Below are positions 7,268 to 17,444 of a DNA stretch of 60,037 bases, one piece after another. Numbering within the stretch: position 1 is the stretch's first letter; each line of letters begins with the position of its first letter. The notes beneath the pieces are model-generated. The model was not told where the DNA came from, did not search any database, and was given only the letters and a program-made list of their open reading frames with translations. The position numbers were made by a program, and so were the translations under genes. The stretch is from a virus. Lineage: Duplodnaviria > Caudoviricetes. The stretch is taken from IMG/VR virus record IMGVR_UViG_3300025652_000072, positions 1 to 60,037 of that record, one strand, 5' to 3'.

Positions 7268-8236
7268 TTACCATCTCCTCATTAGCCACTCTACACAAGC
7301 CTTACGCCATGCTAGGTCTTCAATGTTTTCGGCATGGCGTACTGCTTCATCTATATTTTTTTCCTTCCAAGCACCCCAAGATAAATCCATAGGTGTAAGC
7401 ACTTGATCAAAGTAAGAGTTAGTATATGTATTGGTTTCATTGTTCATCCACCGTTCTAACTCTTTATCAAAACAAGCAGGTTCATCAACCAATGGTTTAG
7501 GGTTGTAATGCCCACTATCACCTAAATGCAGGTAAGGGTCGTAATCGGGTTCAATATTTTTTACTTTTTCTAACGTATCCACGTAAGCGTGTAAGTTATT
7601 ACTAAATTGATAATATGTACCTACCGCGCAATCTATCCTTGCCGCCATATATTCTAACAGTATAGACATATGAACAGCGTTTGCTCCATACGCCCCCCAT
7701 ATCATATCATTGCTCCTATTACATACAGTCATGTTTAACGTGTCGTCACGAACCCAAAACATAATCTGCGTATTGCAGGGATAATCTTTACCATCGTTAT
7801 CTGTAGAAAAATCTTTTGTAGGATCCCACATACCAATAACTGTACGACGATCGTTTTCATAATGAAGCAGACGGTGGATAGCTACTTCTAGTTGATCAAA
7901 GCCGAACCAGTTTTTCCACCTATGTCCATATGCACCGTGGAAGGTTACGCCATCGTCACTGTAATTATTAATTCTGCCATTATACTTAGAAATCCAATCA
8001 ACATCATTTCTACCTGCTAACATCCAAAACGATTCCATTAAATGGAAATAAGGGTTAGCGTCACGCATAGGGTAAAACAATACTCTTTCCCTGCTATGGC
8101 TGTAAGAAGTTACTACAGGACAAGCAAACTCTAATGCTTTACCATTGCGTGTGTCTACCTCAACACCTTTAGTTTCTAATGCCTGTACTGCTAGGTACAA
8201 TGCTTCACTTACATTTCTTGCACTTATATACTGCAT
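7268..8236 (-). CDS. Thymidylate-synthase-fold dUMP hydroxymethylase
   Basis: RDANPYFHLMESFWMLAG, YSDDG..FHGAYGHR, catalytic PC, RSNDMIWGAYGAN (Asn indicates dUMP specificity), NLHAY; adjacent to a 5-hmdU kinase. Confidence 0.85.
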   Translation of the reverse strand: MQYISARNVSEALYLAVQALETKGVEVDTRNGKALEFACPVVTSYSHSRERVLFYPMRDANPYFHLMESFWMLAGRNDVDWISKYNGRINNYSDDGVTFHGAYGHRWKNWFGFDQLEVAIHRLLHYENDRRTVIGMWDPTKDFSTDNDGKDYPCNTQIMFWVRDDTLNMTVCNRSNDMIWGAYGANAVHMSILLEYMAARIDCAVGTYYQFSNNLHAYVDTLEKVKNIEPDYDPYLHLGDSGHYNPKPLVDEPACFDKELERWMNNETNTYTNSYFDQVLTPMDLSWGAWKEKNIDEAVRHAENIEDLAWRKACVEWLMRRW

Positions 8237-8282
8237 TTAAAGCCTTTCTGAGCTCTCTAAGGTTTATAGGGGGGGCTAACTA

Positions 8283-9596
8283 CTAAAAACTAAGTTGAGT
8301 GCCTGTATGGGCGTTAAAATGGGGTGGTATATTGAAAAAGTCTAAGTTTTTGTCACAAGAGTTTTTTAACCCCACACTTGGGACACCTATCGGCATTGTC
8401 ACCCACCTATTAGCATCAGCTATTAAATCTATATACTCTTGTGCTACTGTTTTCATTTCAAACATTTTTAGTAAAGAAATGTTATTTGCACGGATACTTT
8501 CCCACTGATAACGGTTGTTCATGCTATCATTAATTATACTTGCAAACTCTTTAGGTGTAGCTGTATGGGGAACCTCTATAAAATTTTCTCCACCATAAAA
8601 TATCTCGCTATTTTTCATACCTAAATCGGTAGCAACTGGTACAGCACCCATCATCATAGCTTCTACAGTTGTTCTATTAAAATGCGCTCCGTACCCAGAA
8701 TATTTTTTAGACCAACTAGGGTCTATCTGTAACTTACGGTCTTTTAGTATTTCAAGTACATGGCTGTTTGGAATAGTGCCTACATACTCCATACCATTTG
8801 CAAGTGCGACATCCCAAATTTTATTACCGTCTGTATCAAAATACTGTGGCTTACACTTTTCTTTACTGGTCATATACCTGTACTCAATACCTGCACCACC
8901 AATACACTTGGTCACTTTTCTAAGAGGGTTTGAATCATACTCGTCGATGTAAGGTATGGCACGAATAAGTGTATCAACTCGTTTCCACGCTTTAAATACT
9001 TGTATCGCGGCAAACCCCTCTCTACGTTCCCAATCTATTTCAGTAACCGTATTGCTAAGATCAAAAGGGTTTACAATCATTTTCCTAGGTATGTCAAGAT
9101 TTACCGCTGAATGAAAAGCACTTTCATGAACACATACAGCCCCATGAAACCATTTAGAAACCAATAACAAATGAGGGTATAGCTTGGGTAAATTACCGTC
9201 ATGTATAATAGCTATGTTTTTAGTACCATTATTATATAACTCTACCCATTCGTCTACCCCTTTATTATCTTTGTTCAGGGTAGGTACAGGGATGTGCCAA
9301 AGTACAGCATCATACTTACTACAGTTCTCCCTAAACCGTTGCCTTACCCTATCATTTAAATAAGGATATTTGCGTAGGTTAGCCCAACCTTTTGCTTGAT
9401 GGTGACTGTAGCCTGTGCCAACTTTATCATAGTCACCCCCTATTAGTTTAAAACGTTCTTTAATTTCGTGTTTGGGAACAAGCATACAAAAGTCTACCTC
9501 ATGCCCTAATTCTTTTAACCCTTTTGCTAAAAACTCAACATGGTTAATGATACCGCCATAATCTTGTATTTGGTACAAGGTCATTAATATTTTCAT
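8283..9596 (-). CDS. GT-B fold glycosyltransferase, putative DNA-modifying
   Basis: MKILM...GGIINHVEFLAKGLKELGHEVD N-terminus; WKRVDTLIRA; TTVEAMMMGAVPVATDLG. Confidence 0.85.
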   Translation of the reverse strand: MKILMTLYQIQDYGGIINHVEFLAKGLKELGHEVDFCMLVPKHEIKERFKLIGGDYDKVGTGYSHHQAKGWANLRKYPYLNDRVRQRFRENCSKYDAVLWHIPVPTLNKDNKGVDEWVELYNNGTKNIAIIHDGNLPKLYPHLLLVSKWFHGAVCVHESAFHSAVNLDIPRKMIVNPFDLSNTVTEIDWERREGFAAIQVFKAWKRVDTLIRAIPYIDEYDSNPLRKVTKCIGGAGIEYRYMTSKEKCKPQYFDTDGNKIWDVALANGMEYVGTIPNSHVLEILKDRKLQIDPSWSKKYSGYGAHFNRTTVEAMMMGAVPVATDLGMKNSEIFYGGENFIEVPHTATPKEFASIINDSMNNRYQWESIRANNISLLKMFEMKTVAQEYIDLIADANRWVTMPIGVPSVGLKNSCDKNLDFFNIPPHFNAHTGTQLSF

Positions 9597-10507
9597 TGTA
9601 CAACTCCTTGCGGTAAGGGCTCACTGCTCTGTGTAAACTTACTGCGAGGTTTACCTTGGCCTAACCTTACTCGTTCGTACTTATCCCATTCACACAAGCT
9701 ATGCTCTATAGTACGCATATCTACTTGCCCAACAGGAACATGGTCATCTACGGAGAAAGCGGCTAAAGCATTCAGTTGTTTCATTTCTTCGTTGGCTACA
9801 TATTGAGTCATGCTTTTTGTTAAGGGCCTGTCCCAAATTCTATTCAACCCACGTTTTGCTCCAGGACCTGCATTGGCCCATGAGAACCTATCTACGGCGT
9901 TGTTCAAAACAGGTGTGTAGTTTAAATCAGTTACAACTTCGTAAGACATAAACCCACCACCTCCCCAACCTCTGTACTGTGATAACTTTCTGTGGGTAGT
10001 TTGCAAAGATTTAGACATACCTGCGGTAGCGGCAATGTCTCCTACATATTTATATATCGGTTTAAGGAAATGGTCAACAACAACATCTGCTTTAGGTAAT
10101 TTCAACCCTTGGTTTGTAATGATATACGCACCAGTGAAAGTACGCTTACCATCAGCTATCCTGTTTTTTATAATGTTTTTGGTACGCTCAGTGTCCCAAT
10201 CAAATTTGGTTGATGAAAGGGTAACCCAACCATGTTCCTCTGCAAATTCAGTTGTGCCTACCATCCTGAACAAACAACAGTTGAAAATTATTTCACTCCA
10301 GTTTTTATTATCGTGAGGTTTAGTCCAGTTGTTACGCATCCAAAGGGTAACCCTATCGTTTTCACGGAAAGGGTTTGTAAACTTATACTCTTGGAGTATG
10401 GGATCTTTTGTCCATTCAGACCTTGGTACACCCATGTTTCTCCGTTGGTATATGGCGTGTCTTTCATTTATCCAATAGAAAAACCTTTCTACGTTTTCCT
10501 TGTTCAT
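9593..10507 (-). CDS. 5-hmdU DNA kinase (5-HMUDK / aGPT-Pplase1 family)
   Basis: FFYWINERHAIY, WTKDPILQEYKFTNPFRENDR, FTGAYII, GFMSYEVVTDL, GPGAKRGL, IEHSLCEWDKY. Confidence 0.9.
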   Translation of the reverse strand: MNKENVERFFYWINERHAIYQRRNMGVPRSEWTKDPILQEYKFTNPFRENDRVTLWMRNNWTKPHDNKNWSEIIFNCCLFRMVGTTEFAEEHGWVTLSSTKFDWDTERTKNIIKNRIADGKRTFTGAYIITNQGLKLPKADVVVDHFLKPIYKYVGDIAATAGMSKSLQTTHRKLSQYRGWGGGGFMSYEVVTDLNYTPVLNNAVDRFSWANAGPGAKRGLNRIWDRPLTKSMTQYVANEEMKQLNALAAFSVDDHVPVGQVDMRTIEHSLCEWDKYERVRLGQGKPRSKFTQSSEPLPQGVVQ

Positions 10508-11191
10508 TTACTTTTCTCCTAGTGGTTGGAAGTGTGGGTTATCAACTTTTATAGCTCCGGCTTTTACAGCTATCCTAATATCTGTTTTGCCTCCTGGAGC
10601 AGGGTCTAACTTACGCAGGGCAGTTATCGCTTCGCCTACTGTTTGGGAAGCTAGAACAACCTGCATATTACGATAACGGTTTGTGCCTTGTTTAATAGGA
10701 GGCTCGTCCATTAACTTAATAATTTTGCATTCATTGCCCCACCCTTGTTTCACATCTACTATTTTTCTAATGGCATCAAAAGCTTGCCCTACAGTGGGTT
10801 CATCTTTTTCCATTTCATCTAGCTCTAATGTTATTCTAGTATGTGGGTCTACATCTGGTTGCTCTGTAACTACCCCAACGCTTGAAGTACTGCCTTTAAC
10901 AAACCTATTCATTTTTGTTTCCTCTTCTGGTTTCCAATATTTAGCTTTATCATGGGTAAGAACCCAAAAATTTTCTGCAGAACTATGTTTACCAAATGGT
11001 TCACAAACAGAAGCTATTTCCTCTTTTGTAAACAAATGGTTTAAACGGTCTACTGTTTCTTTACCATCAAACACATAAGAACATTCATTAACAGCCTTAC
11101 ATGATTTTACAGCTTTTAAGGTTTTAAATTTATAAAACAAAAACGGAGGCCCATCACTTCCAGGAACTCCGTCACATATTGCATAAAACAT
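10508..11191 (-). CDS. Hypothetical protein at the head of the modification operon (start ATG 11191)
   Basis: AGAAAGGA RBS; stop directly abuts the 5-HMUDK start. Confidence 0.7.
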   Translation of the reverse strand: MFYAICDGVPGSDGPPFLFYKFKTLKAVKSCKAVNECSYVFDGKETVDRLNHLFTKEEIASVCEPFGKHSSAENFWVLTHDKAKYWKPEEETKMNRFVKGSTSSVGVVTEQPDVDPHTRITLELDEMEKDEPTVGQAFDAIRKIVDVKQGWGNECKIIKLMDEPPIKQGTNRYRNMQVVLASQTVGEAITALRKLDPAPGGKTDIRIAVKAGAIKVDNPHFQPLGEK

Positions 11192-11265
11192 TTTTCTTCC
11201 TTTCTTAGAAGAAGTACCAGTGTGTACATTAACGTATACACACTGGTTAGACAACGGCTACTTTA

Positions 11266-12291
11266 TCAACTTCCTGCGTATTCCAACGCTTTGGTCAGAG
11301 CTTTGCGCTTGGTTTGCGCTCCTGAACCAAACCATGCCGAGTGCAAAGCATTACCCTCTATTTGGGAACGCTTTTGGTGGTCAACAACATGGGTAACTGC
11401 ATTCAATGCTCCCCACCATGTACCCTTGGCAGAAGACATGTCATGTCCAGGACTCGTTTCTACTGCTTGGTACACTAGGTCTGCGGTATTGCTAAACTCT
11501 TGGTGCAGAGGAGGTAGCGTATCAAGGTCGTCTGCTTTAGCCCTTTCTATTAACAGGTTAGGTTGGAACAGTTCGGCAATCCAATTATCTAGGTCAAACG
11601 ACTTAGCAGTTTTGCTTGCCAAAAATTCAGCTTGCTCCTTAAACAGTTTCATTTGGTTACCACTCAGCCCTAGCGCAAGCTCTGCGGCCTTGTGTATTTC
11701 CTCATCAAACATTTGTAGGTGCAACACTCTAAACCTGTTGTGTGCATCATTTAAAGCCATTGTAAGGGTGTTGTTACAAACAACTCGTATAGGCGTAAAC
11801 ATAATTGTCATTGCCTTGCCTACCTGATGGCTGTTGTTCAGTAACAAGTAACCTTTAATATGGTCACCACCAGTAAGACTAAACTCATCGGTAAGTTTTG
11901 CTAACCCCCAAATGTCTTTACCCTCTTTTAAACTACCTGCGGTTTCCATGGTCATTTTACCTGCGTCGGTAAACTTTTTAAAGAAGTGCATTACCTCTGA
12001 GTTTTGGAAGGGTACATAACTATCCCCACACTTGCCCATTACCTTGTTGTCGCTGTCGCGTACAAGGTGGTAATCACCTTCGCACCGTATAAAAGATGCT
12101 TCGCCTGTGGGGTCGATAATGTTCCAAACATCTGGTTTATCTACCGTGTAATCAGGCCGTTTGCTAACCGTCCAATCTAACTTGGCGGCTTCTAACATTT
12201 GTTCAGGAGACATAGTGTTGTCTACCTGTACGCCTAACCCATGCCAAGGAACTTGTCCTGCATAAGCCATTGTTTCTACTTGGTGTGCCAT
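11266..12291 (-). CDS. DUF932-family phage/plasmid protein
   Basis: MAHQVETMAY..VPWHGLG, LDWTV, ETAGSL, TPIRVVCNNTL, GTWWGALNAVT. Confidence 0.85.
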   Translation of the reverse strand: MAHQVETMAYAGQVPWHGLGVQVDNTMSPEQMLEAAKLDWTVSKRPDYTVDKPDVWNIIDPTGEASFIRCEGDYHLVRDSDNKVMGKCGDSYVPFQNSEVMHFFKKFTDAGKMTMETAGSLKEGKDIWGLAKLTDEFSLTGGDHIKGYLLLNNSHQVGKAMTIMFTPIRVVCNNTLTMALNDAHNRFRVLHLQMFDEEIHKAAELALGLSGNQMKLFKEQAEFLASKTAKSFDLDNWIAELFQPNLLIERAKADDLDTLPPLHQEFSNTADLVYQAVETSPGHDMSSAKGTWWGALNAVTHVVDHQKRSQIEGNALHSAWFGSGAQTKRKALTKALEYAGS

Positions 12292-12313
12292 AATTAATTA
12301 CCCTTTCTATGGT

Positions 12314-12613
12314 TTAATGTAATGAAGGTTCAGCGGGTATTTCGCTGTCTGGTATTTCTTGGCTAGGCAAAGCATTAAACTCATCAAAACTAATGTCTAC
12401 CCAACCAACGTGCATTGGACTAAATGCCACTTGTACACGCATCTCTACGTCATTGTGCGGCATACTAAAACAAACAGGTAGCATTGCTTCATCTGGTATT
12501 GTGTTCAACGCATCCTGCAACATGTCACGGTTCAGTGACCTGTTCCTGTTAGCTTGTATTGCGCTTTCGTTGCTCGCAATAAGCTGTTCTTTGGTAAAGT
12601 ACCTTACTATCAT
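12314..12613 (-). CDS. Hypothetical protein
   Basis: AGAAAGG RBS. Confidence 0.7.
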   Translation of the reverse strand: MIVRYFTKEQLIASNESAIQANRNRSLNRDMLQDALNTIPDEAMLPVCFSMPHNDVEMRVQVAFSPMHVGWVDISFDEFNALPSQEIPDSEIPAEPSLH

Positions 12614-12700
12614 TTAGCTTACCTTTCTATTTAAGCTGTTAATACAATTACTATATGGTAACCATTTATCTTGATAAAGCGTTAGTTTATCTTTTGTGTT

Positions 12701-14218
12701 CTAGTAAGGCAAAGCATACCCTTGACTAAACATTGGGTGTACTAGATGCAATTTTTCTTTAGCCCTTGTCAACCCTACATAAAATACTCTTGCTTCGTCT
12801 TCTTCATAAGTATTTATTTTTCGCCACATAGAATATGGCCTACGCATTACATCAGTTAAAAGCATAACATTAGTGGCTTCCGCGCCTTTAGCAGAGTGTA
12901 TGGTAGAAATCCTAAGTCTTGGTGTTTGGTTCAGCTTTTCACCCTTCCGCAAACAGGCTTTTAGATATACCTTATCACGTTCAGCTATTTTTCCTAACCC
13001 TTGATCCCAAGGTTGTGTATGCAATAACCCATGTGACTGTAGTAAATCTTCAATGCTGTACAGTACACCATCCTTACCATCGGGCATTGTTTTACACCCA
13101 TATGCAATCTGTTTATTCAACAACATGTATTTGTATATTAATCTTACTTGATCGGAGGTTATGCGTTCTCCATTTCTAACTGATTCCCAGAACCGTACCG
13201 CATCTATTACCTTACTGTCAATACTTCTTGAACCATTATAAATGTATAGGTGTCCTCTTTTTCTTACCTCTTCTTCTATTTGCTCTGCTCCTCTTGTTGT
13301 TCTGCTTAACAACAACCAATCGCCTTGTGAAAGATTAACCTCCTCAGAGTGCCTATGCCAAAAAATATCCCCCTTTTCAGTCTTAGGCGTGAACGATTTT
13401 TTCCTACGCCCAACAATTTTATGTATCACCTGTTTACTCAGTTCATGGTGTAATGATGGTATGCGGTAGCTTTTATCTAACAATGTTACTTCACCTTCTA
13501 ACCCTACAAAGTGTTCTACATCTGCTCCTGCATATCTAAATATTGCTTGGTCATCATCTCCTGCAACATAACAAATTTTACTTCGCTGTTCTAACCTCTG
13601 TACCATTTCCCACTGAATAGGTGATAAATCTTGTGCTTCATCTATAAATACAACTTCTAATTTAGGGCATAAGTCTCTATCTAAAAACGACTCTAACATG
13701 CCAGTATAATCAAACAGGCCGTATGCTCTTTTCCAATGCTCTAATCCTCTCCCAACATAATCTACTCTAGCCCAATCTGTTTTAAGTGGTACGACGCTTT
13801 GGTTATATATCTTTTGTAATGGTTGCCGTAAAATTCTAGCTATATTTATTATTTCTAAAAACTTATCCCCATAACCAAAATCTTTATACGGCCCCTGCTC
13901 TGTAACACCGCTAATGAAAAACTTACCTATTTTCAACCACTCTGCTATCTCTTGGTACTTTTCTGGTGTAATTACTTGAGAGTGTGTCAGCCCTGCCTGT
14001 TGGAAAGCTAAACTGTGTAGAGTGCGGAAGTAGGGCAGTTCCTTTTTGTTAAAGTTAAATTTGAAACAAGCCCTATCTATCGCCTCTTGTGCGGCTCTTC
14101 TTGTAAACGCAAAGTATCCTATACGATCAGGGGGTACACCTGATTCAAGGTAAGACTCTACCAAGCTAAGTAACTTAGTTGTCTTACCAGTTCCAGGAGG
14201 CCCCAGCACGATACGCAT
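12701..14218 (-). CDS. UvrD/Rep-like superfamily 1 helicase
   Basis: GPPGTGKTT, DEAQD, GDDDQAIF, SYR, STIHSAKGAE, YVGLTRA. Confidence 0.95.
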   Translation of the reverse strand: MRIVLGPPGTGKTTKLLSLVESYLESGVPPDRIGYFAFTRRAAQEAIDRACFKFNFNKKELPYFRTLHSLAFQQAGLTHSQVITPEKYQEIAEWLKIGKFFISGVTEQGPYKDFGYGDKFLEIINIARILRQPLQKIYNQSVVPLKTDWARVDYVGRGLEHWKRAYGLFDYTGMLESFLDRDLCPKLEVVFIDEAQDLSPIQWEMVQRLEQRSKICYVAGDDDQAIFRYAGADVEHFVGLEGEVTLLDKSYRIPSLHHELSKQVIHKIVGRRKKSFTPKTEKGDIFWHRHSEEVNLSQGDWLLLSRTTRGAEQIEEEVRKRGHLYIYNGSRSIDSKVIDAVRFWESVRNGERITSDQVRLIYKYMLLNKQIAYGCKTMPDGKDGVLYSIEDLLQSHGLLHTQPWDQGLGKIAERDKVYLKACLRKGEKLNQTPRLRISTIHSAKGAEATNVMLLTDVMRRPYSMWRKINTYEEDEARVFYVGLTRAKEKLHLVHPMFSQGYALPY

Positions 14219-15741
14219 TACAAAATTTCTTGTGATGCAGGTAAAGGAGGCAGATCAATTTCTGACTCATCTGTTTCAAAGTAAGCCTGTTCTAAAGACC
14301 ACACATGAACACCCTTACCCCTCACTCGCCAAAACATTTTTTCAGCATTTAAGTCGCGCAACCGCAACGTAACACGGTTGGAAGTGTAATGGTTGAAATC
14401 GTTTACAGACAAGTGCTTTTTTAAATCTTTAACTTGGAAGTAAACCCTGTCATCTAACCAAACAGCAACCCCTTGTAGTATGTCTTCGCGTTCTTCACCT
14501 TTAGCTCTTTCACAGGCAAACGCATGTAACAGGTCTTCAAACTCTCCTTTGAACGTAGCATCCGGTGGTACTTCTACAATGGTAACATTATCTAACAATG
14601 TTTGTATTCTCGTTTGCCAAGAGCGTTGATTAATAGCTACAGGAAACATGTTAATTTGCGATACACATTCTTTTTGAAACTGCGCTTGGCTAGTTAATCC
14701 TGTTGTAGTTAACTCTAACCTTTTGTTATCTACATTCAATATCCATATAGGTGGGTCACCATCTATTTTAGTGAGGCTAGACATATCGTTTGCAACACCA
14801 CTAGGCCCAACACCAAACTTCCTTGTTTTACATAGTTCTTTATCACAAAAAGGTTTTATTGGTTGGTCTTCGCATTTGTAAAAGTAATCTTTCTTTTTTA
14901 ACTGGCGAATAGTATTACCCACTTCGCTATGACTAAGGGGCGGTGACAGGTAATCTATATTGTATCTTTGTACTAACTGTTCCCAATTATCTTCATCAAA
15001 CAACCGCGCATACACACCAAGGTTGAAAAGGGCATTGTTTCTAGAACCTTCACTAAACCCCTTACTGCATAGGTGTTGTAAACAGGGAGGCCCTTCTTCT
15101 ATAACACCGTCTTCCGTACCAAAGCTGAGATTTAGTTTACGGAACTTAGCAGGGGTCAGTATAAATGTTTTAGCGTACTCTATAAAAGCAATAGGGTTTA
15201 ACGCTTCACCGTTTTGATCAAACGCATACCGTGTCGTTTTGTTTCCTGCATGATACGGCATGTTTAAAAAGTTACCTGTATCACCCCTGTCTTTTAAAAT
15301 AGTTGTCTGTTTAGGAAATATTTCACTACCAGAAAACCCTAGAGCCGCGCTTAGTTCTGTGATCCTACGTTGCATTTCTTCTGCTTCTATCGGTTCAGAT
15401 AAAAACATCCATACATGCGCTCCACCACTTTTAGTCCTACCAACAACCGCAGGTATTTTATTTTCGTTCAATACGTCTATTAATTTTTTATGGCTAACAT
15501 CGTATTGGTCTATATCTATTGCTCCCCACTGACACATATTGTCACTTTTTATAGGGATAATACCTAAACCTATACCTCCATTTAAATGCTCTTCCCACAT
15601 TTCTACTCTAGTGGGTTCTTTTATAACCTTTGCTATTCCTTGCTTCTTACCATCATTAGCTCTATTACCCTTTACCTCATACGTTCCGTGGGCAATATCA
15701 CTACCTTTAAATAAACTGTAAAATTCTTGGGCTAAATCCAT
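14218..15741 (-). CDS. Archaeo-eukaryotic-type primase with primase C-terminal domain (start likely ATG 15741)
   Basis: WGAIDID, RTKSGGAH, EIFPKQ, GNFLNMPY, PPCL..GSRNNALF; GGAG RBS. Confidence 0.85.
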   Translation of the reverse strand: MDLAQEFYSLFKGSDIAHGTYEVKGNRANDGKKQGIAKVIKEPTRVEMWEEHLNGGIGLGIIPIKSDNMCQWGAIDIDQYDVSHKKLIDVLNENKIPAVVGRTKSGGAHVWMFLSEPIEAEEMQRRITELSAALGFSGSEIFPKQTTILKDRGDTGNFLNMPYHAGNKTTRYAFDQNGEALNPIAFIEYAKTFILTPAKFRKLNLSFGTEDGVIEEGPPCLQHLCSKGFSEGSRNNALFNLGVYARLFDEDNWEQLVQRYNIDYLSPPLSHSEVGNTIRQLKKKDYFYKCEDQPIKPFCDKELCKTRKFGVGPSGVANDMSSLTKIDGDPPIWILNVDNKRLELTTTGLTSQAQFQKECVSQINMFPVAINQRSWQTRIQTLLDNVTIVEVPPDATFKGEFEDLLHAFACERAKGEEREDILQGVAVWLDDRVYFQVKDLKKHLSVNDFNHYTSNRVTLRLRDLNAEKMFWRVRGKGVHVWSLEQAYFETDESEIDLPPLPASQEIL

Positions 15742-15862
15742 AACTTTCTCCAATAAAAGGGTGGAGGCTACGCATTCAAATAAAGGGTTAAGAAATTTAA
15801 ATGGTAGCCTCCGCAGAACAAAGGAGATCAACCCTCCGTTCTGAACTGGGTTAAGCTATGAA

Positions 15863-16660
15863 CTAAAACGGTACTTGGTCGTCAGGATCTGACCCCATAC
15901 TACTAGAGCCATCGTTTACTTGCACATCACCTGCTTTTACTGATTTAGCAAAAGCAACTGCCATTTCAAAGAACCCCTTATCCATATCGTCAGATAGGTT
16001 TAAGGCACGTTCCCTAGCTATTTCCCAACCATACCAACTACCTTTATCGTTTTGCTCTGGTACGCTTGTAATTTTGTATATCTGGGACATTAACGGCAAT
16101 GTATACAATCCGTTCTTGCCTTGGGCAGTTAGCGATTGTGCTTGCGTCAACCACTTACGGCCCTTCTTTAATTGTGTAGAAGCCATCGTTACCAATGCTT
16201 TTTGTGGGCCTAACTCAGGATGTAACATTAACACGTAGAACTGTGCAGTGTTGGTCAACTGGTTGCCGTTTGGTAGTAGGTCTTGCCCTTGGTCACTACG
16301 CACCACAGTTTTTACAATAGGGTCATCTGGGGTGTATGAACCTACATATCCACCACCTTCTTCCCTACCGCGCCACTCTACAAAGCGACGATTGTAATGG
16401 CAGGGTATCACATAAATACCTTCCTTTTCTGCTTCGTACACTTCGTTCAGTACAGTATTAAATATCATACCTGCTTCCGCACCTTCCACATACGCACCAT
16501 CACGTTTTTTAACTTGTGGGCTAACATCGGCAAGCACTCGTAAGAACGGAATAGCTAGGTCTTCTGTTTTTACCTCGCTGAAACCCTCACCTTGGAACTG
16601 CTCAAAACCTTCGTACATTGCAACTTCATTATTTGCTTTCTTAGCTACTTCTTGTGCCAT
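15863..16660 (-). CDS. Putative ssDNA-binding protein
   Basis: Position in the replication block; acidic tail ending DPDDQVPF. Confidence 0.6.
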   Translation of the reverse strand: MAQEVAKKANNEVAMYEGFEQFQGEGFSEVKTEDLAIPFLRVLADVSPQVKKRDGAYVEGAEAGMIFNTVLNEVYEAEKEGIYVIPCHYNRRFVEWRGREEGGGYVGSYTPDDPIVKTVVRSDQGQDLLPNGNQLTNTAQFYVLMLHPELGPQKALVTMASTQLKKGRKWLTQAQSLTAQGKNGLYTLPLMSQIYKITSVPEQNDKGSWYGWEIARERALNLSDDMDKGFFEMAVAFAKSVKAGDVQVNDGSSSMGSDPDDQVPF

Positions 16661-16664
16661 CTTT

Positions 16665-17219
16665 CTATCCTTTTTTCGGTTTAGTTATTTTGGTTTTTTC
16701 ACCTATATACAACCCAAACAAATCAGCAGGGACATTGTTGCCTTGTTCAAATTGGTCTTTTACAAATGCCTTTAAGGTCATTGGCTCTACCCACTTTTTA
16801 GTGTTCACCGCCATACCCTTATGTATCAAGTCATCTGCAAACTGTTTAGCTTGTTCTTCTTGTCCGCGAACAAAGGTCGTTGCTACTTGGTTCTTTATTA
16901 AATCACCAAAATCATTTGCAACTAACCAACCAAATGCTTCATCTGATTTATCTTTACTTATTGAAGCACTGTAAAATTTACCAACGCTTACACGAGAACC
17001 ATCTTCTAATACAAGCTCACTTATACTATGTTCTGCCATAGCTGAAGGTAACTGTTCTTCCGCTATTTCACGCAGACTTCGTTTAGCTTGTTTTAGCTCA
17101 TCCTCTAACTGTGCTACTCGTTGTTCTAATGTAAGTTGTACATTGGCAAGTTTACTCACTAAACTTAACCCTTGTTCGTCCACCGTTTTAAGATCGGTGG
17201 CGGCATCTTCAAAATCCAT
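16665..17219 (-). CDS. Conserved replication-block hypothetical protein
   Basis: N-terminal coiled coil; AFGWL...GDLIKN, VEPMTLKAFV. Confidence 0.7.
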   Translation of the reverse strand: MDFEDAATDLKTVDEQGLSLVSKLANVQLTLEQRVAQLEDELKQAKRSLREIAEEQLPSAMAEHSISELVLEDGSRVSVGKFYSASISKDKSDEAFGWLVANDFGDLIKNQVATTFVRGQEEQAKQFADDLIHKGMAVNTKKWVEPMTLKAFVKDQFEQGNNVPADLFGLYIGEKTKITKPKKG

Positions 17220-17231
17220 TGTTAACCCTTT

Positions 17232-17426
17232 CTATTGGAATAATGTGTTGTATTCGTGGTCATATAAAAATTCTCCGAAACTGGAGCCATATGAACTAGC
17301 TATTTTCCACTCTTGACGAAAATGGTCTGCATCATCACCTTGCAGTAAAAAGCTCCAACCTGCTTCTCGTTCTGCAACTTCTATTGCAAACCCTTTATCT
17401 TCCATTGTGTATCCACCTATAATCAT
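17232..17426 (-). CDS. Small hypothetical protein
   Basis: TAGAAAGGGTTAA leader, also present before the next gene. Confidence 0.55.
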   Translation of the reverse strand: MIIGGYTMEDKGFAIEVAEREAGWSFLLQGDDADHFRQEWKIASSYGSSFGEFLYDHEYNTLFQ

Positions 17427-17444
17427 AACTATTAACCCTTTCTA

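Noticed and set aside
7268-8236. Ordinary ThyA, or dCMP hydroxymethylase with T4-like glucosyl-hmC
   Set aside because: The specificity position is Asn (dUMP type) and a 5-hmdU DNA kinase is adjacent. Not fully excluded without an assay.
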